DNA of 63,924 nucleotides, filler included, from Lama guanicoe (Eukaryota), in NCBI GenBank assembly GCA_013239625.1. It is 177 parts of 177 records of this genome, joined end to end, with 100 filler letters (N's around TTAATTAATTAA, not from the genome) between each part and the next. Parts side by side here need not be neighbours in the genome. Positions count along the whole stretch, not along the records: positions 24,571 to 24,832 come from PNXV01050216.1; positions 24,933 to 25,194 come from PNXV01050217.1; positions 25,295 to 25,556 come from PNXV01050218.1; positions 25,657 to 25,918 come from PNXV01050219.1; positions 26,019 to 26,280 come from PNXV01050220.1; positions 26,381 to 26,642 come from PNXV01050221.1; positions 26,743 to 27,004 come from PNXV01050222.1; positions 27,105 to 27,366 come from PNXV01050223.1; 169 more parts are not named here. One strand, written 5' to 3'. Positions 24,826 to 38,224 of the stretch are shown one piece after another. Under the pieces are notes generated by a model. That model saw only the letters and a program-made list of their open reading frames with translations. It ran no database searches and was not told the origin of the DNA. How positions within the stretch are numbered: the first letter of the stretch is position 1; each line of letters opens with the position of its first letter. The position numbers and the translations under genes are program-made.

Positions 24826-27466
24826 GGCCTGTNNNNNNNNNNNNNNNNNNNNNNNNNNNNNNNNNNNNNNNNNNNNTTAATTAATTAANNNNNNNNNNNN
24901 NNNNNNNNNNNNNNNNNNNNNNNNNNNNNNNNTCTCTTGTTAGTAAACACTAAGTCACAGGCTGCAGCTGTGCTGAATTTCCATCAGAACAAAGAATTTT
25001 CATCTCTAAAAGACTCGCCTTTCAGATAAGGTTGTATGAGCACATCTTTAGCGCTCAGTTCCTGGAGGTACAGCTCCTGAGTCACAGGGTATCTACACCT
25101 TATTTCAACAGATAATCCAAAAAAGGCTGCATAAATGTACAACTCCCAGCAATGGGGAGAGAGGAGTGAAAAAGCACAGAGTAGGACAGGTCCANNNNNN
25201 NNNNNNNNNNNNNNNNNNNNNNNNNNNNNNNNNNNNNNTTAATTAATTAANNNNNNNNNNNNNNNNNNNNNNNNNNNNNNNNNNNNNNNNNNNNAAAATC
25301 ACCTAACTAGATCACTTTAAAGGACATATCATCTACTGATTAAACCATATCAAAATCTAATCAAGAATTTTATCCATAAATTAAGTAGATTAAAGATTAC
25401 TTCAAAATAATAGTGTATCTTTCTAAGTCTACAGAGCCATTTAGCGTTACCAAACATGCCAGACAGATCTTAAACAGTATCCTGTAATTTCAGAAATCGT
25501 TGATATGTATAGGAAGATCACAGCATAGAAAACAAATTGGCGTGGGAGGCTGGATANNNNNNNNNNNNNNNNNNNNNNNNNNNNNNNNNNNNNNNNNNNN
25601 TTAATTAATTAANNNNNNNNNNNNNNNNNNNNNNNNNNNNNNNNNNNNNNNNNNNNAAAAGACCCAGCACAGATGTAGTGCTGTCAGGAACAGGCACCAC
25701 CCCCAGGGAAGAAGAGGAGGTCTGGCTTGAAAGACCGCAGCTCAGTGGGGCAGGTCTCTACTGGGGGAGGCTGGGATGGAGTCAGGTGTCCTCAGGTGGA
25801 CCCTCCAGGGGCTCAGTCACTCCAGAGCCCCGCCACAGGCTGGGGAACAAAACACTGCTGGCCTTCACCCACCCTTCCACATGCATCCACATGGCCCCCA
25901 GGCCACCAGGCCTGCTGGNNNNNNNNNNNNNNNNNNNNNNNNNNNNNNNNNNNNNNNNNNNNTTAATTAATTAANNNNNNNNNNNNNNNNNNNNNNNNNN
26001 NNNNNNNNNNNNNNNNNNTCTGGGCTCTCCACTTTGTAGCTCGTAGCTCCATGGGAAGGGTGACACTAGGGTATCCCATCACTGATGTGGAGCAGATGTG
26101 AGTCTGGGGTCCAGTGAGACCTGGGGCCACACCTCATTTGTGGACAGCTGTGGCCCCATCCCTAAGAGGGCAGAAGACATATGACTGGCACAGAGTGTGG
26201 TGTACAGAGTCAGGGTGGGTAAGCCTCCTGAGAGCTCTCTGGTGGCCAAGGGACAAGTGGCTTGACCCCTCAATTTTGACNNNNNNNNNNNNNNNNNNNN
26301 NNNNNNNNNNNNNNNNNNNNNNNNTTAATTAATTAANNNNNNNNNNNNNNNNNNNNNNNNNNNNNNNNNNNNNNNNNNNNCCTGCTGCTTTATGTGGGTT
26401 TAATTAATGTCTTTTGGAAACAAAAAGGAAGTGTTTTGCAAAATTACTGTTTATATGCCCCTGCAAGTAAATATATTAATAAGAAAAAGAGATCAAAAGA
26501 GAGGGAAAAAAATTTTAATGTTAGTGCTTAAAAGATCTTCAGAGATCAAGTTCAAGCTCTTCCTTTTTATGAATGAAACAACTGAAGTCCACGGAGTTTC
26601 AAAGATTTGCCGTGGGTCACACATCCTGTTACATGAGGTTGTNNNNNNNNNNNNNNNNNNNNNNNNNNNNNNNNNNNNNNNNNNNNTTAATTAATTAANN
26701 NNNNNNNNNNNNNNNNNNNNNNNNNNNNNNNNNNNNNNNNNNTTTTAATTAAAAAAATGATATTGGAATTTTGAAATCACATTCAAGTTTATAATTTAGG
26801 GAGAACTGACAGATTTACAATATTCAAGGCTTCTTTCATGTCCTATAGAATGACACAGGACTGCAAAATTTATACTATGTTTAGTTTTAGTTATTTTAAG
26901 CTTGGGGGCTAATACTGCGAGCGGAATCTTTTATTTCATTTTCCCATTGATGCGATTTTTATGTCTATGTAAGAAAGTGAAAACTTTTTGTACGTCATTT
27001 TCCANNNNNNNNNNNNNNNNNNNNNNNNNNNNNNNNNNNNNNNNNNNNTTAATTAATTAANNNNNNNNNNNNNNNNNNNNNNNNNNNNNNNNNNNNNNNN
27101 NNNNGTCTCAGAGGTGATGTTCTTGATATAACTCCAAAAATACTTCAGTTCAGTGTTCAGTGACATTTTCAAATCATCTTAAAAAACTATCAGAAACATT
27201 TTTATTTATTCTGAATATCCAGAGAAATGCAGGATCTTCTTAGACACTGAAGTTGTTTCTAATATCTCATTTTAACATCTTCTGATCAATCATTTATTGA
27301 CTGTAGTTCCTAGAACAAGAAAAGGTGTTATTAGAGACACACAGTCTTGTTTTCAGCTCTCAAAAANNNNNNNNNNNNNNNNNNNNNNNNNNNNNNNNNN
27401 NNNNNNNNNNTTAATTAATTAANNNNNNNNNNNNNNNNNNNNNNNNNNNNNNNNNNNNNNNNNNNN

Positions 27467-27728
27467 AGAACACAGAATATAGAATAAAGAATACAGAACT
27501 AGAATTTTGAATATAGACTATAGAACACAGGATTTAGAATATACAATACAGAATATACAATTTAGAATATAGAATATAGTACAGATAATATTGAATATAG
27601 AATACAGAATAAAGAACGCAGAATTTTGAACATGGAATTTAGAACGCAAAATATTGAATATAGAATTCAAATATAGAAGTTTGAATATAGAATGTAGAAC
27701 AAAGAATATTGAATACAGAATACAGAAT
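27467..27728. repeat. Degenerate 7-bp tandem repeat (AGAATAT)n
   Basis: agaatat/agaatac/agaacac/tgaatat units fill the whole contig. Confidence 0.95.
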
Positions 27729-30700
27729 NNNNNNNNNNNNNNNNNNNNNNNNNNNNNNNNNNNNNNNNNNNNTTAATTAATTAANNNNNNNNNNNNNNNN
27801 NNNNNNNNNNNNNNNNNNNNNNNNNNNNATTAACCAAAAGATATGGTCATTTGATGTCAGAAGTCGAAGGAGAATAGGCAGAAACAGTCAGAAAGCAGGT
27901 TTCCTGGTGACAGTCACCTTCTCACCCCTCAGAGGCACATGAGAAGCATGACCTTCACTTACACAGAAGACGTCCTGGCCACCGGTCTGGGATTGACTGA
28001 TTCACTGATTTTTAAGTTGGGTTTAGTCTGTCTGCTAACATTTTTTCAGCTTTAGCTAGAATCTAAGAGAAAATGGTATGGACAAAATCTNNNNNNNNNN
28101 NNNNNNNNNNNNNNNNNNNNNNNNNNNNNNNNNNTTAATTAATTAANNNNNNNNNNNNNNNNNNNNNNNNNNNNNNNNNNNNNNNNNNNNACAATATAAA
28201 TGTATAGTGAAGATTTGAGGGAACAATCTGGTTTAAATCAACATTAAGATTATCTTCTGGAATGTGCATGGACAAAGTAACATTTATTAGGAAAACAATG
28301 TGTGCATGCTATTTGTGGAGCCTTGGCTTAATAAAAATTCATGTGTTTGGCCTAATTTTTATGGACACTTCTTATTTTAGTAGTTAAGGCAGAGAAAATA
28401 TTACTCAACCTGGAGTGCTCCCTGGAACATGGTTTCCTCTCTTCTGCCTGTTNNNNNNNNNNNNNNNNNNNNNNNNNNNNNNNNNNNNNNNNNNNNTTAA
28501 TTAATTAANNNNNNNNNNNNNNNNNNNNNNNNNNNNNNNNNNNNNNNNNNNNATAATTACTTATCATTCACAGCCCCAAAAGTTCAAGGAGGGAATAAGA
28601 GGGAACTTGAGGAGCCCTTCCCTGCTGCAGGGGCTCAGAGGAAGAGCTCAAGGCGCCTCCACCATGGCCTGGACCTCCCTCTTGCACCCCTCCTCTCTCT
28701 CTGCAGAGGTGCTGACCCCAGGGCTCTGCCCCCAGAGTACCCAAGGATCAGCCTGGCCCTGAACGTCAGCTAAGCACAGGGGATGCTGCGGGGTGCATGG
28801 TCCTAGGAAATGAGNNNNNNNNNNNNNNNNNNNNNNNNNNNNNNNNNNNNNNNNNNNNTTAATTAATTAANNNNNNNNNNNNNNNNNNNNNNNNNNNNNN
28901 NNNNNNNNNNNNNNTCCACCTTCCCAAAGGGAGGAGGGATTGTTGTCCTTATTTAGTCTGGATCAGAAGTGTCCTGGCATCCGTGAATGATGGGTACTTC
29001 TGACCTACAAGGCTAATTTTATTGAAATGAGGGCATAATGAGCAAAAGGTTATATTAGGACACTGAAAACTCCTGCCTTTTCTGACCTTTCTTTGTTAGT
29101 CTCCAGGCCAAAAGGTATGTCCTCTTACAGCCCAAAGATTCCTGCTTTTCTTTCTCTGCCCAGGGACCCCTGGTGCNNNNNNNNNNNNNNNNNNNNNNNN
29201 NNNNNNNNNNNNNNNNNNNNTTAATTAATTAANNNNNNNNNNNNNNNNNNNNNNNNNNNNNNNNNNNNNNNNNNNNGAAGGATTATTTTAGGAATGTCCA
29301 AAAAATGATGTAAACAGACTTCTTTATTTGTTTGTTTGTTTTTCTTGGACATGACCACTGTGAACAAAAATGAAAGGACTATTCTAAAGATTAAATAATT
29401 GATTACTTTCTAGCTTCAATATCCTAAGCCTTAAAAGAAGCTGTTGTATGAAAGTGGGGTATATTCTATCTTCTATTTATTTCTGGTCCCATTTTCCTCC
29501 ACGTTTCCTACAAATATTTACAGAATTTTAAAAAATGANNNNNNNNNNNNNNNNNNNNNNNNNNNNNNNNNNNNNNNNNNNNTTAATTAATTAANNNNNN
29601 NNNNNNNNNNNNNNNNNNNNNNNNNNNNNNNNNNNNNNCCAGTGTCCTGGGCTGGTGCCCTGCTGAGAACTACCTTTCCAACTGCTGAAATCCTATAGAG
29701 CCCCCAAACTGAGGCTCCTTTAGCCAGCAGGGCCAGGTGATCAAAGGCATGCCCTGTGCGTATTGCACATGTCCCCTTGCCTTAGTGAGGAAGCTGGGGC
29801 ACACCTGCCGGTGTTATCAAGGCAGTGGGAACATACCTTACTGCATACACCCACCAGCTGCAGCACACAGATTCTGGGAGCATAAGCCAGCTTTAGCAAG
29901 NNNNNNNNNNNNNNNNNNNNNNNNNNNNNNNNNNNNNNNNNNNNTTAATTAATTAANNNNNNNNNNNNNNNNNNNNNNNNNNNNNNNNNNNNNNNNNNNN
30001 CATTTACAAACACGCCCCGAGGGTAAATTCTGTCCGGTGTCAGAGGTGCAAGGACTTGGTCCGTCACTCCAGGAAACCTAGACTTGCAGGAAGGAGGCAG
30101 ACAACGTAGCTGTTTGTAATTGGGAGTCCCTGCCTCTCGAGATACAGACAGACTTGTCTCCTGCTGTTGCCAGTTGTATGGTTTGTGAAAGTTCAGAAGA
30201 TGCCCTGGGACTTCCTCCATTTCTCTCCTCACCCCTGGGCTCCTGCTTCTGCACCTGCTGCTNNNNNNNNNNNNNNNNNNNNNNNNNNNNNNNNNNNNNN
30301 NNNNNNTTAATTAATTAANNNNNNNNNNNNNNNNNNNNNNNNNNNNNNNNNNNNNNNNNNNNGGCCCGGGTAGGAGGGACACCCGGCCTGGGTCCACGGG
30401 CACCTCAGGGCTCTGCACGGAAACGGGCGCTGGTGTGGGGGGTGGTGAGGAGATCACTATGGGGCCACAGAGACACAGGCTTCCTATGGGCTTCCTAGTA
30501 CAGGGAGCAGCCTGCCCCAGGGGACGGTGACTAGGGGCCCCTCTTGGAGGCCCAGGCACCTTGACATGGCCCCTGACATCTCCCAGGGCAGTGTGGGGGC
30601 AGACGTCTTCAGGTGGCCCTCACCNNNNNNNNNNNNNNNNNNNNNNNNNNNNNNNNNNNNNNNNNNNNTTAATTAATTAANNNNNNNNNNNNNNNNNNNN

Positions 30701-31086
30701 NNNNNNNNNNNNNNNNNNNNNNNNACACTCTCTTCCACAATGGTTCCTTTTAAAGTTTCTTTAAAGTCATTAAATTAAATACTTTTCTTCTTAATGTTAA
30801 CTATTTGAGTACAGTTTGTGGAAGGTGGTAAATAATGTGAAAGTTATTATTAAAGCTTGAGGAGAATAAAACTGTCTCAGAAAAAACCACCCACCGATGA
30901 TTTAAACCACGTGAATGTCACCCGCTGTTTAATTAAACCAAGTACTGCGCTTTTCAAGTGATTTTTTTCTTTTACAAAGGTATTCCNNNNNNNNNNNNNN
31001 NNNNNNNNNNNNNNNNNNNNNNNNNNNNNNTTAATTAATTAANNNNNNNNNNNNNNNNNNNNNNNNNNNNNNNNNNNNNNNNNNNN

Positions 31087-31348
31087 GCATAGGCTGCTTG
31101 TTGAGGATGGCTTTACCAAACGGGTTACACTTGAAAGGGACTTGGAGGAAGGGTAAATTGTGGATGGAATGAAGGCAGAGAGCAAAACGGCGGGGCTGGA
31201 ACGATGCGCACATGCTCACGAAAGCAGCTGAACCGGAGTGTGTAACATGGTGAGGAGCAGGGACCATAGAGCACTCTGAGTGAGCCGGGGCTGGGCTATG
31301 GAGGGCCTTGAAGGGGAGACAGAAGAGCTGGTGTCTTATGACAGGTGG
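31087..31348 (+). repeat. Copy 1 of a near-identical contig pair (with 31811-32072)
   Basis: Same start, end and length (262 bp) as 31811-32072; 8 substitutions, no indels. Confidence 0.98.
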
Positions 31349-31810
31349 NNNNNNNNNNNNNNNNNNNNNNNNNNNNNNNNNNNNNNNNNNNNTTAATTAA
31401 TTAANNNNNNNNNNNNNNNNNNNNNNNNNNNNNNNNNNNNNNNNNNNNATTGACAAATGCTATGTCCTGCCTCTAATAAACTTTAAAAAGTGACTTGAAC
31501 AAAGCCTGACTTGGAACAATGCCCCTTGCAGATAGACATGTTGTTTTTCTAATCTTTTGATGAAGTACATTTTATTTTTACCGTTCTTTATGAGTAAATT
31601 GATTTTGTACATGAGTTCTAGTTTTCATGTAATCGATAGTAAGAGGAAATTTTTAAATGAATAGAATTTACATTTTTAACAAATTGCTACTCTTAGGGTA
31701 TGTGACACTGNNNNNNNNNNNNNNNNNNNNNNNNNNNNNNNNNNNNNNNNNNNNTTAATTAATTAANNNNNNNNNNNNNNNNNNNNNNNNNNNNNNNNNN
31801 NNNNNNNNNN

Positions 31811-32072
31811 GCATAGGCTGCTTGTTGAGGATGGCTTTACCAAACGGGTTACACTTGAACAGGACTTGGAGGAAGGGTAAATTGTGGATGGAATGAAGGC
31901 AGAAAGCAACACGGCGGGGCTGGAACGATGCGCACATGCTCATGAAAGCAGCTGAACCGGAGTGTGTAACGTGGTGAGGAGCAGGGACCATAGAGCACTC
32001 TGAGTGAGCCGGGCCTGGGCTACGGAGGGCCTTGAAGGGGAGACAGAAGAGCTGGTGTCTTATGACAGGTGG
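31811..32072 (+). repeat. Copy 2 of a near-identical contig pair (with 31087-31348)
   Basis: First difference at 31860 and last at 32023, leaving exactly 49 identical bases at each end. Confidence 0.98.
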
Positions 32073-33258
32073 NNNNNNNNNNNNNNNNNNNNNNNNNNNN
32101 NNNNNNNNNNNNNNNNTTAATTAATTAANNNNNNNNNNNNNNNNNNNNNNNNNNNNNNNNNNNNNNNNNNNNCCCCATCTCTGGCAACCACCAATCTGAT
32201 CTTAGAAGAGATTACCTTTAAATGTAATGTTTCTCTGTCTGTACCCTGTCACCCCCTCACCTTTCTTAGCCTTGTTGACAAGTCTTTCCCAACATAAATA
32301 GAAGTACGAGTGAGAGAAAAATGTAAGTGGTAACATCTGAGAGGCAGGGTGCTCCTCTAAAGTTCTTTTTAGTTCTCATAGAGAACAGGTCTTTCTCTTG
32401 GCCTCTGGTTTTCAGTACAAGGTGGTAATGAGAANNNNNNNNNNNNNNNNNNNNNNNNNNNNNNNNNNNNNNNNNNNNTTAATTAATTAANNNNNNNNNN
32501 NNNNNNNNNNNNNNNNNNNNNNNNNNNNNNNNNNCTGATTTCACCTCTGCTTGTCTAACTAGTCATAAAAAGTCATTTCTATGTTAGTAATAATTTCAGT
32601 GTAGCTTCTCAAGAAAGTAAACATAAACTTTGTCATTAGGTATCTTCCCATATGATAAAGAGTATACTGACATTAATTTCTAAGTTACTCATCAAAAACA
32701 AGCAAAAGTATCTTTTAAAAAACACTTGAGGTTGGCATATAGCTCCTAGGGATCTATAACCAATTAGTTTGAGTAATGTTTAATCCTAAAAATGCTNNNN
32801 NNNNNNNNNNNNNNNNNNNNNNNNNNNNNNNNNNNNNNNNTTAATTAATTAANNNNNNNNNNNNNNNNNNNNNNNNNNNNNNNNNNNNNNNNNNNNGAAG
32901 TTTAGGGCTGGATGTACTTCACTGGAATTCAGTCCAGATTGGCTTATGTTTTCCAACCCAGGGGAACATTCGCTGTGGACCGAGACCAGGCAGGTTGTGC
33001 AGAGACCGTCCTCAATGACAGGAGCTGAGTTATGAAAATCCCTGAGAAGGTGGAAACTCTCAGGGGAGGTCAGGCTGTGCCCCCTGAACTGTGGGTCAGG
33101 CAACATGATGGGGGGAATGGGCTGTGAGCAGGCTTTCTGTGTCACTTCTACTCTGGGGNNNNNNNNNNNNNNNNNNNNNNNNNNNNNNNNNNNNNNNNNN
33201 NNTTAATTAATTAANNNNNNNNNNNNNNNNNNNNNNNNNNNNNNNNNNNNNNNNNNNN

Positions 33259-33520
33259 AAGACCCAGCCCCACCCAACAGCCTGTGGGGAAGCCTCAGGC
33301 CAGACACAGCCACACCCACCATCAGACCTCCTGAGCCACGGAGGCCTCTAGACACGGCCCTACCCACCGGAGGTCCAGGACCAAGCTCCACCCAGCAGTG
33401 GGCAGATACTGGCTCCTCCTGTCAGGAAGCCTGCACAAGCCTCTAGTCCAGCCTCATCCACCAGGGCAGGTACCAGAAATGAGAAAACAGCAATCCCAAA
33501 GCCCGTGGAAGGAGTCCACA
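33259..33520 (+). mobile_element. L1 5' UTR fragment
   Basis: agctccacccagcagtgggcag...caggaagcctgcacaagcctctag...ccaccagggcagg resembles the recalled laurasiatherian L1 leader just upstream of ORF1. Confidence 0.7.
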
Positions 33521-33620
33521 NNNNNNNNNNNNNNNNNNNNNNNNNNNNNNNNNNNNNNNNNNNNTTAATTAATTAANNNNNNNNNNNNNNNNNNNNNNNN
33601 NNNNNNNNNNNNNNNNNNNN

Positions 33621-33881
33621 CATGTCTTGGCTATTGTAAATAGTGCTGCTGTGAACATTGGGGTGCGTGCATCTTTTTAAGTTAAGGTTCCTTCTGAATA
33701 TACGCCCAGGAGTGGGATTGCTGGATCCTATGATAAGTCTATTTTTGGTTTTTTAAGGAACCTCTGTACTGTCCTCTGTAGTGGCTGTATCAATTTACAT
33801 TCCAACCAACAGTGTAAGAGAGTCCCTTTTTCTCCACTCCCTCTCCAGCATTTATCATTTGTAGGCTTTTTAATGATGGCC
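33621..33881 (-). mobile_element. Relatively young L1 ORF2 3' fragment
   Basis: ttggctattgtaaatagtgctgc...cccaggagtgggattgctggatc...aatttacattccaaccaacagtgta...ctctccagcatttat. Confidence 0.92.
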
Positions 33882-34343
33882 NNNNNNNNNNNNNNNNNNN
33901 NNNNNNNNNNNNNNNNNNNNNNNNNTTAATTAATTAANNNNNNNNNNNNNNNNNNNNNNNNNNNNNNNNNNNNNNNNNNNNCCCAATTTCTTATTAATAA
34001 TTCAATGTCTTGTAACTTCTTTTTAATATTCTCAATGTTATTTTTCTATTGTATTCAGATAGAGAAACCCATCTAGAGTCAGTTCAGATATTTGCCTTTT
34101 TAGCTCATCCCTCTAACTGCTAAGAACTCCTAGAGAAAACACTACAGGTCTGCCCCTCAGAGCATTATTGATTCTTGTTCTTCAGCCTTCTGCCTTTCCT
34201 TCAATCTATCAAGAGTCAACTTATTCTGCTTCCTGTACAATGGNNNNNNNNNNNNNNNNNNNNNNNNNNNNNNNNNNNNNNNNNNNNTTAATTAATTAAN
34301 NNNNNNNNNNNNNNNNNNNNNNNNNNNNNNNNNNNNNNNNNNN

Positions 34344-34605
34344 TTTATGGCTGAGTAGTATTCCATCGTACAGAGATATATATACACATATCTGTACATA
34401 TATATCTTTTTTTTAATGCAACATACAAACTTTATTTAACAAAAGCAACAGGTAAAGTCAAACAGGCACTTATATTAAGAAAAACTGACAAGAAGAAATT
34501 TTATCTTAAAGACCTTACAGTAACCTACTTGCAGTTGCATTTAGCTGAGAGCTCTTGCTGTGCGTATATGTGCGTATATATACATATACCACAGCTTCTT
34601 TATCC
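34344..34605 (-). mobile_element. L1 3' fragment interrupted by an insertion
   Basis: The normally contiguous L1 motif tttatggctgagtagtattccat...tatataccaca...ttctttatcc is split between the two contig ends. Confidence 0.8.
34407..34562 (-). pseudogene. Retroposed mRNA 3'-UTR end (5'-truncated processed pseudogene)
   Basis: Reverse strand: ...aaatgcaactgcaagtaggttactgtaagg...ttgttaAATAAAgtttgtatgttgcatt(A)8. PolyA signal at 34436-34431, A-run at 34414-34407. Resembles my recollection of the HNRNPK 3' end (unverified). Confidence 0.7.
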
Positions 34606-37600
34606 NNNNNNNNNNNNNNNNNNNNNNNNNNNNNNNNNNNNNNNNNNNNTTAATTAATTAANNNNNNNNNNNNNNNNNNNNNNNNNNNNNNNNNNNNNNN
34701 NNNNNATCCCTGAGGCGTGGCTTCCACAGCCAGGGGTCTGAAGAGAGGGTCTTCTGGAGAGGACGGCAGGGGAATTGAGCTGGTGAGTTGGCCTCAGGCC
34801 ATTAGGGAATTGGGGACCGGCCACCTCTGACTCTAAGGGAATGGGTGACAGCAGCAGCTGGTTTAGTAGAGCCCCAGCCCCTGGAGCAGGGGCAAACCCT
34901 GTCCTGCTCAGTCCTCAAGGCCTTGCCTCTAAGGCCTCACTCACTCTCCGCCAGTGTGGTTTCCGCTNNNNNNNNNNNNNNNNNNNNNNNNNNNNNNNNN
35001 NNNNNNNNNNNTTAATTAATTAANNNNNNNNNNNNNNNNNNNNNNNNNNNNNNNNNNNNNNNNNNNNCTCACTGAGGCTGGACTTTTGCATCTGAAGCCA
35101 GCTGGGCACAGGTTGTAGCTGAAGCTCTCTCTGACATCAACCAAGGCCCCAGTGAATCCATTCCTCCATTAACCTGGGGGTTTCCTCATTAAACCCAATA
35201 TATTCTTACTGTGAAATGCACCTTCTAAACATCACCAAATGTAAGGGGGCAAGAAAAAGTCATAAGTTAATTAGGCAATGATATGAAGCTGTCACAATGG
35301 AATCTTTTTAAGACACATAAAACAACACTNNNNNNNNNNNNNNNNNNNNNNNNNNNNNNNNNNNNNNNNNNNNTTAATTAATTAANNNNNNNNNNNNNNN
35401 NNNNNNNNNNNNNNNNNNNNNNNNNNNNNTTCTTCTACCCAATACATTGTGAACCAAGAGAAGGCCCCTGTCTTGCTCGTCTCTACCTGTTCCACTGGGT
35501 CTAGCATTGTCTTCTTTGAACCCAGGGCTGATAAATGCAAGTTGTTTTTCTTTGTCAAAGATCTCACGTCTCCCCAAAATCTTAAGAGAAACTATAAATG
35601 AGCCATGATGTAGTGTCTCTAAACAGGGAAGTACAAAAAAATTTGTTTTTTTTCTTTTTAAGGGAGTATATTACGTCTAATTTTATATTTTNNNNNNNNN
35701 NNNNNNNNNNNNNNNNNNNNNNNNNNNNNNNNNNNTTAATTAATTAANNNNNNNNNNNNNNNNNNNNNNNNNNNNNNNNNNNNNNNNNNNNCACTATTTT
35801 ATAAAACTTATTATAAAGCTGGATTAAGTGCTTCCCTAATTGTGAAGGCCAGCTTGTGACCCCACCTGATCACAGAGCGTGGCCTGAGGCCCTGGGCAAC
35901 CATGGAACTCTGCTTCCCGTTCTGCCTGAGCACAGAGTCCAGCCAGCAGCGCTGCCCAGCTGGGAAGCACAGCCTGAGACTCCATCCAATCAGCAGGGAA
36001 TGAGGAACAGAGTGTTTTAGCTTTTCCAGGTTCTTTGTACTTCCACATAAATTNNNNNNNNNNNNNNNNNNNNNNNNNNNNNNNNNNNNNNNNNNNNTTA
36101 ATTAATTAANNNNNNNNNNNNNNNNNNNNNNNNNNNNNNNNNNNNNNNNNNNNCTGGTGTTCCAAAACAAAAAGAGAAAAAATGAGGTAAAAAGTTGTGA
36201 AGAAATTAGGTTAAAATCCCCAAATTTAGTGAAAAATACCTATTTAAGATCCCATAGACATAACATGGTCACCACATTAAAAACTGGTTTTATTGGACAT
36301 TTATTTCAAAATCTTTTTTTAAATAAAAACACACTGCCATCGGTATAGACTTTTCAAGTTTACAATGCTTTTTTACGCAAAGCATCACAACTTTTCCACT
36401 TACAATAAGAAGAGGNNNNNNNNNNNNNNNNNNNNNNNNNNNNNNNNNNNNNNNNNNNNTTAATTAATTAANNNNNNNNNNNNNNNNNNNNNNNNNNNNN
36501 NNNNNNNNNNNNNNNTAAATCTGTATTGAATATGGTAGCACTTAAACCTTTTGTTGCTCTGACCATTGGCTAGGGTGGATAATGTGAACAAAGATCCAAC
36601 ACCAGTGGATGATGAAATCTTTAAATTCCCATGAAATAATGTAACGTAAAACTTGAGGAAACAGAAATTCTTGATTGGCTTTATTATATATGCCCAACAA
36701 TTCCTTAACTAGAACCCCAACCAAGAAAACGAAGGGCAGAAGTCAGTTTCTTCTGCTTTCAAGTAAAAAACCACACANNNNNNNNNNNNNNNNNNNNNNN
36801 NNNNNNNNNNNNNNNNNNNNNTTAATTAATTAANNNNNNNNNNNNNNNNNNNNNNNNNNNNNNNNNNNNNNNNNNNNACTGTGTCTCCTTTTTAATTTAA
36901 GCTTAGGTCTAATTTGTTTTTTCTCCTAATTCTCATTTTTGACACAATTTATTTTGGCTTTGATCACCCCTTGACTAATTTAAAGAGACTCAACCACTGA
37001 CTTATTCCCGTTCACCTAGAAATTTCAATGACCTTTTTTCTTGTACTACCTGGAATAGAGTGAACATAGTCATCATTTAGAAAGCAGTCCTCATTCCTAA
37101 TAATGCAGAACATTTACACATCTTTGCCCAGCAATTGAGNNNNNNNNNNNNNNNNNNNNNNNNNNNNNNNNNNNNNNNNNNNNTTAATTAATTAANNNNN
37201 NNNNNNNNNNNNNNNNNNNNNNNNNNNNNNNNNNNNNNNCAGGGAGGCTAACTGTCCCAGTTACACTTGGCTTGTGTGGTGCTCTTTTGATGCAAGAACC
37301 CAGGGAGATATGAGTAGGCAAGGCAGGCATTATTATGCCCTTTCCACAGAGCTGAACGCCAAGGCCTGGTGACAGGGAACGATGTAGTCAGGATGAGAAC
37401 CAGGTTGCTGGCTCCCTGCCCCTTTTTCCCAACTCCTGGAGCAGGGCTAGGCTGGTGGAAGGAGTCTGCGCTTCAAACGCATGTTAAGGCAACTTGTGTG
37501 GNNNNNNNNNNNNNNNNNNNNNNNNNNNNNNNNNNNNNNNNNNNNTTAATTAATTAANNNNNNNNNNNNNNNNNNNNNNNNNNNNNNNNNNNNNNNNNNN

Positions 37601-37775
37601 NCTAAGCTTGTCATCCACCTGACGCACCTATTGGTAGGTTTGTCCTTTTGAAAAGTAACTTAGGGTCTGTGACAGGTTCCAGGTGTGCTGAGTAGGGAGG
37701 GTCAGTAACTTCTGACTCAGATTTAGGTGGTTTCCTCGCTCTGGTAAGGTGAACCCATGGAATCATGCCCTGTAA

Positions 37776-37862
37776 TTTTTTTAACCTTATTTTATCGATT
37801 GATAGTCAGTTTACAATGTGTCAATTTCCAGGGTAGAGCACAATTTTTCAGTTATACATGAA
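37776..37862 (-). mobile_element. L1 3' terminus
   Basis: T-run then gatagtcagtttacaatgtgtcaatttccagggtagagcac...tcagttatacat; same family as 11376-11452. Confidence 0.65.
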
Positions 37863-37962
37863 NNNNNNNNNNNNNNNNNNNNNNNNNNNNNNNNNNNNNN
37901 NNNNNNTTAATTAATTAANNNNNNNNNNNNNNNNNNNNNNNNNNNNNNNNNNNNNNNNNNNN

Positions 37963-38224
37963 CACTCCTATTCATCACAGTCTTGGAAGTCCTAGCCACA
38001 GCAATCAGGCATGAGAGAGAAATAAAAAGGATCAAAATAGGAAAAGTAGAGGTAAAAGTGTCGCTATATGCAGATGACATGATAATATACATAGAAAAAT
38101 CTAAAAGGTCCACACAAAAACTCCTAGAAAAAACTGAAGAATTCAGCAAGGTAGTAGGTTGAAAGATCAACGTAGAAAAATGAGTTACATTTCTTTACAC
38201 TAATGATGAACCAAAAGGAAAAGA
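37963..38224 (+). mobile_element. L1 ORF2 reverse transcriptase core, inactivated
   Basis: Translates [84 protein letters not shown] catalytic motif with two in-frame stops. Confidence 0.95.

Noticed and set aside
32897..33158. Minus-strand open frame after an acceptor-like site (DFHNSAPVIEDGLCTTCLV...)
   Set aside because: Peptide not recognised and no good donor; open frames of this length are common by chance.
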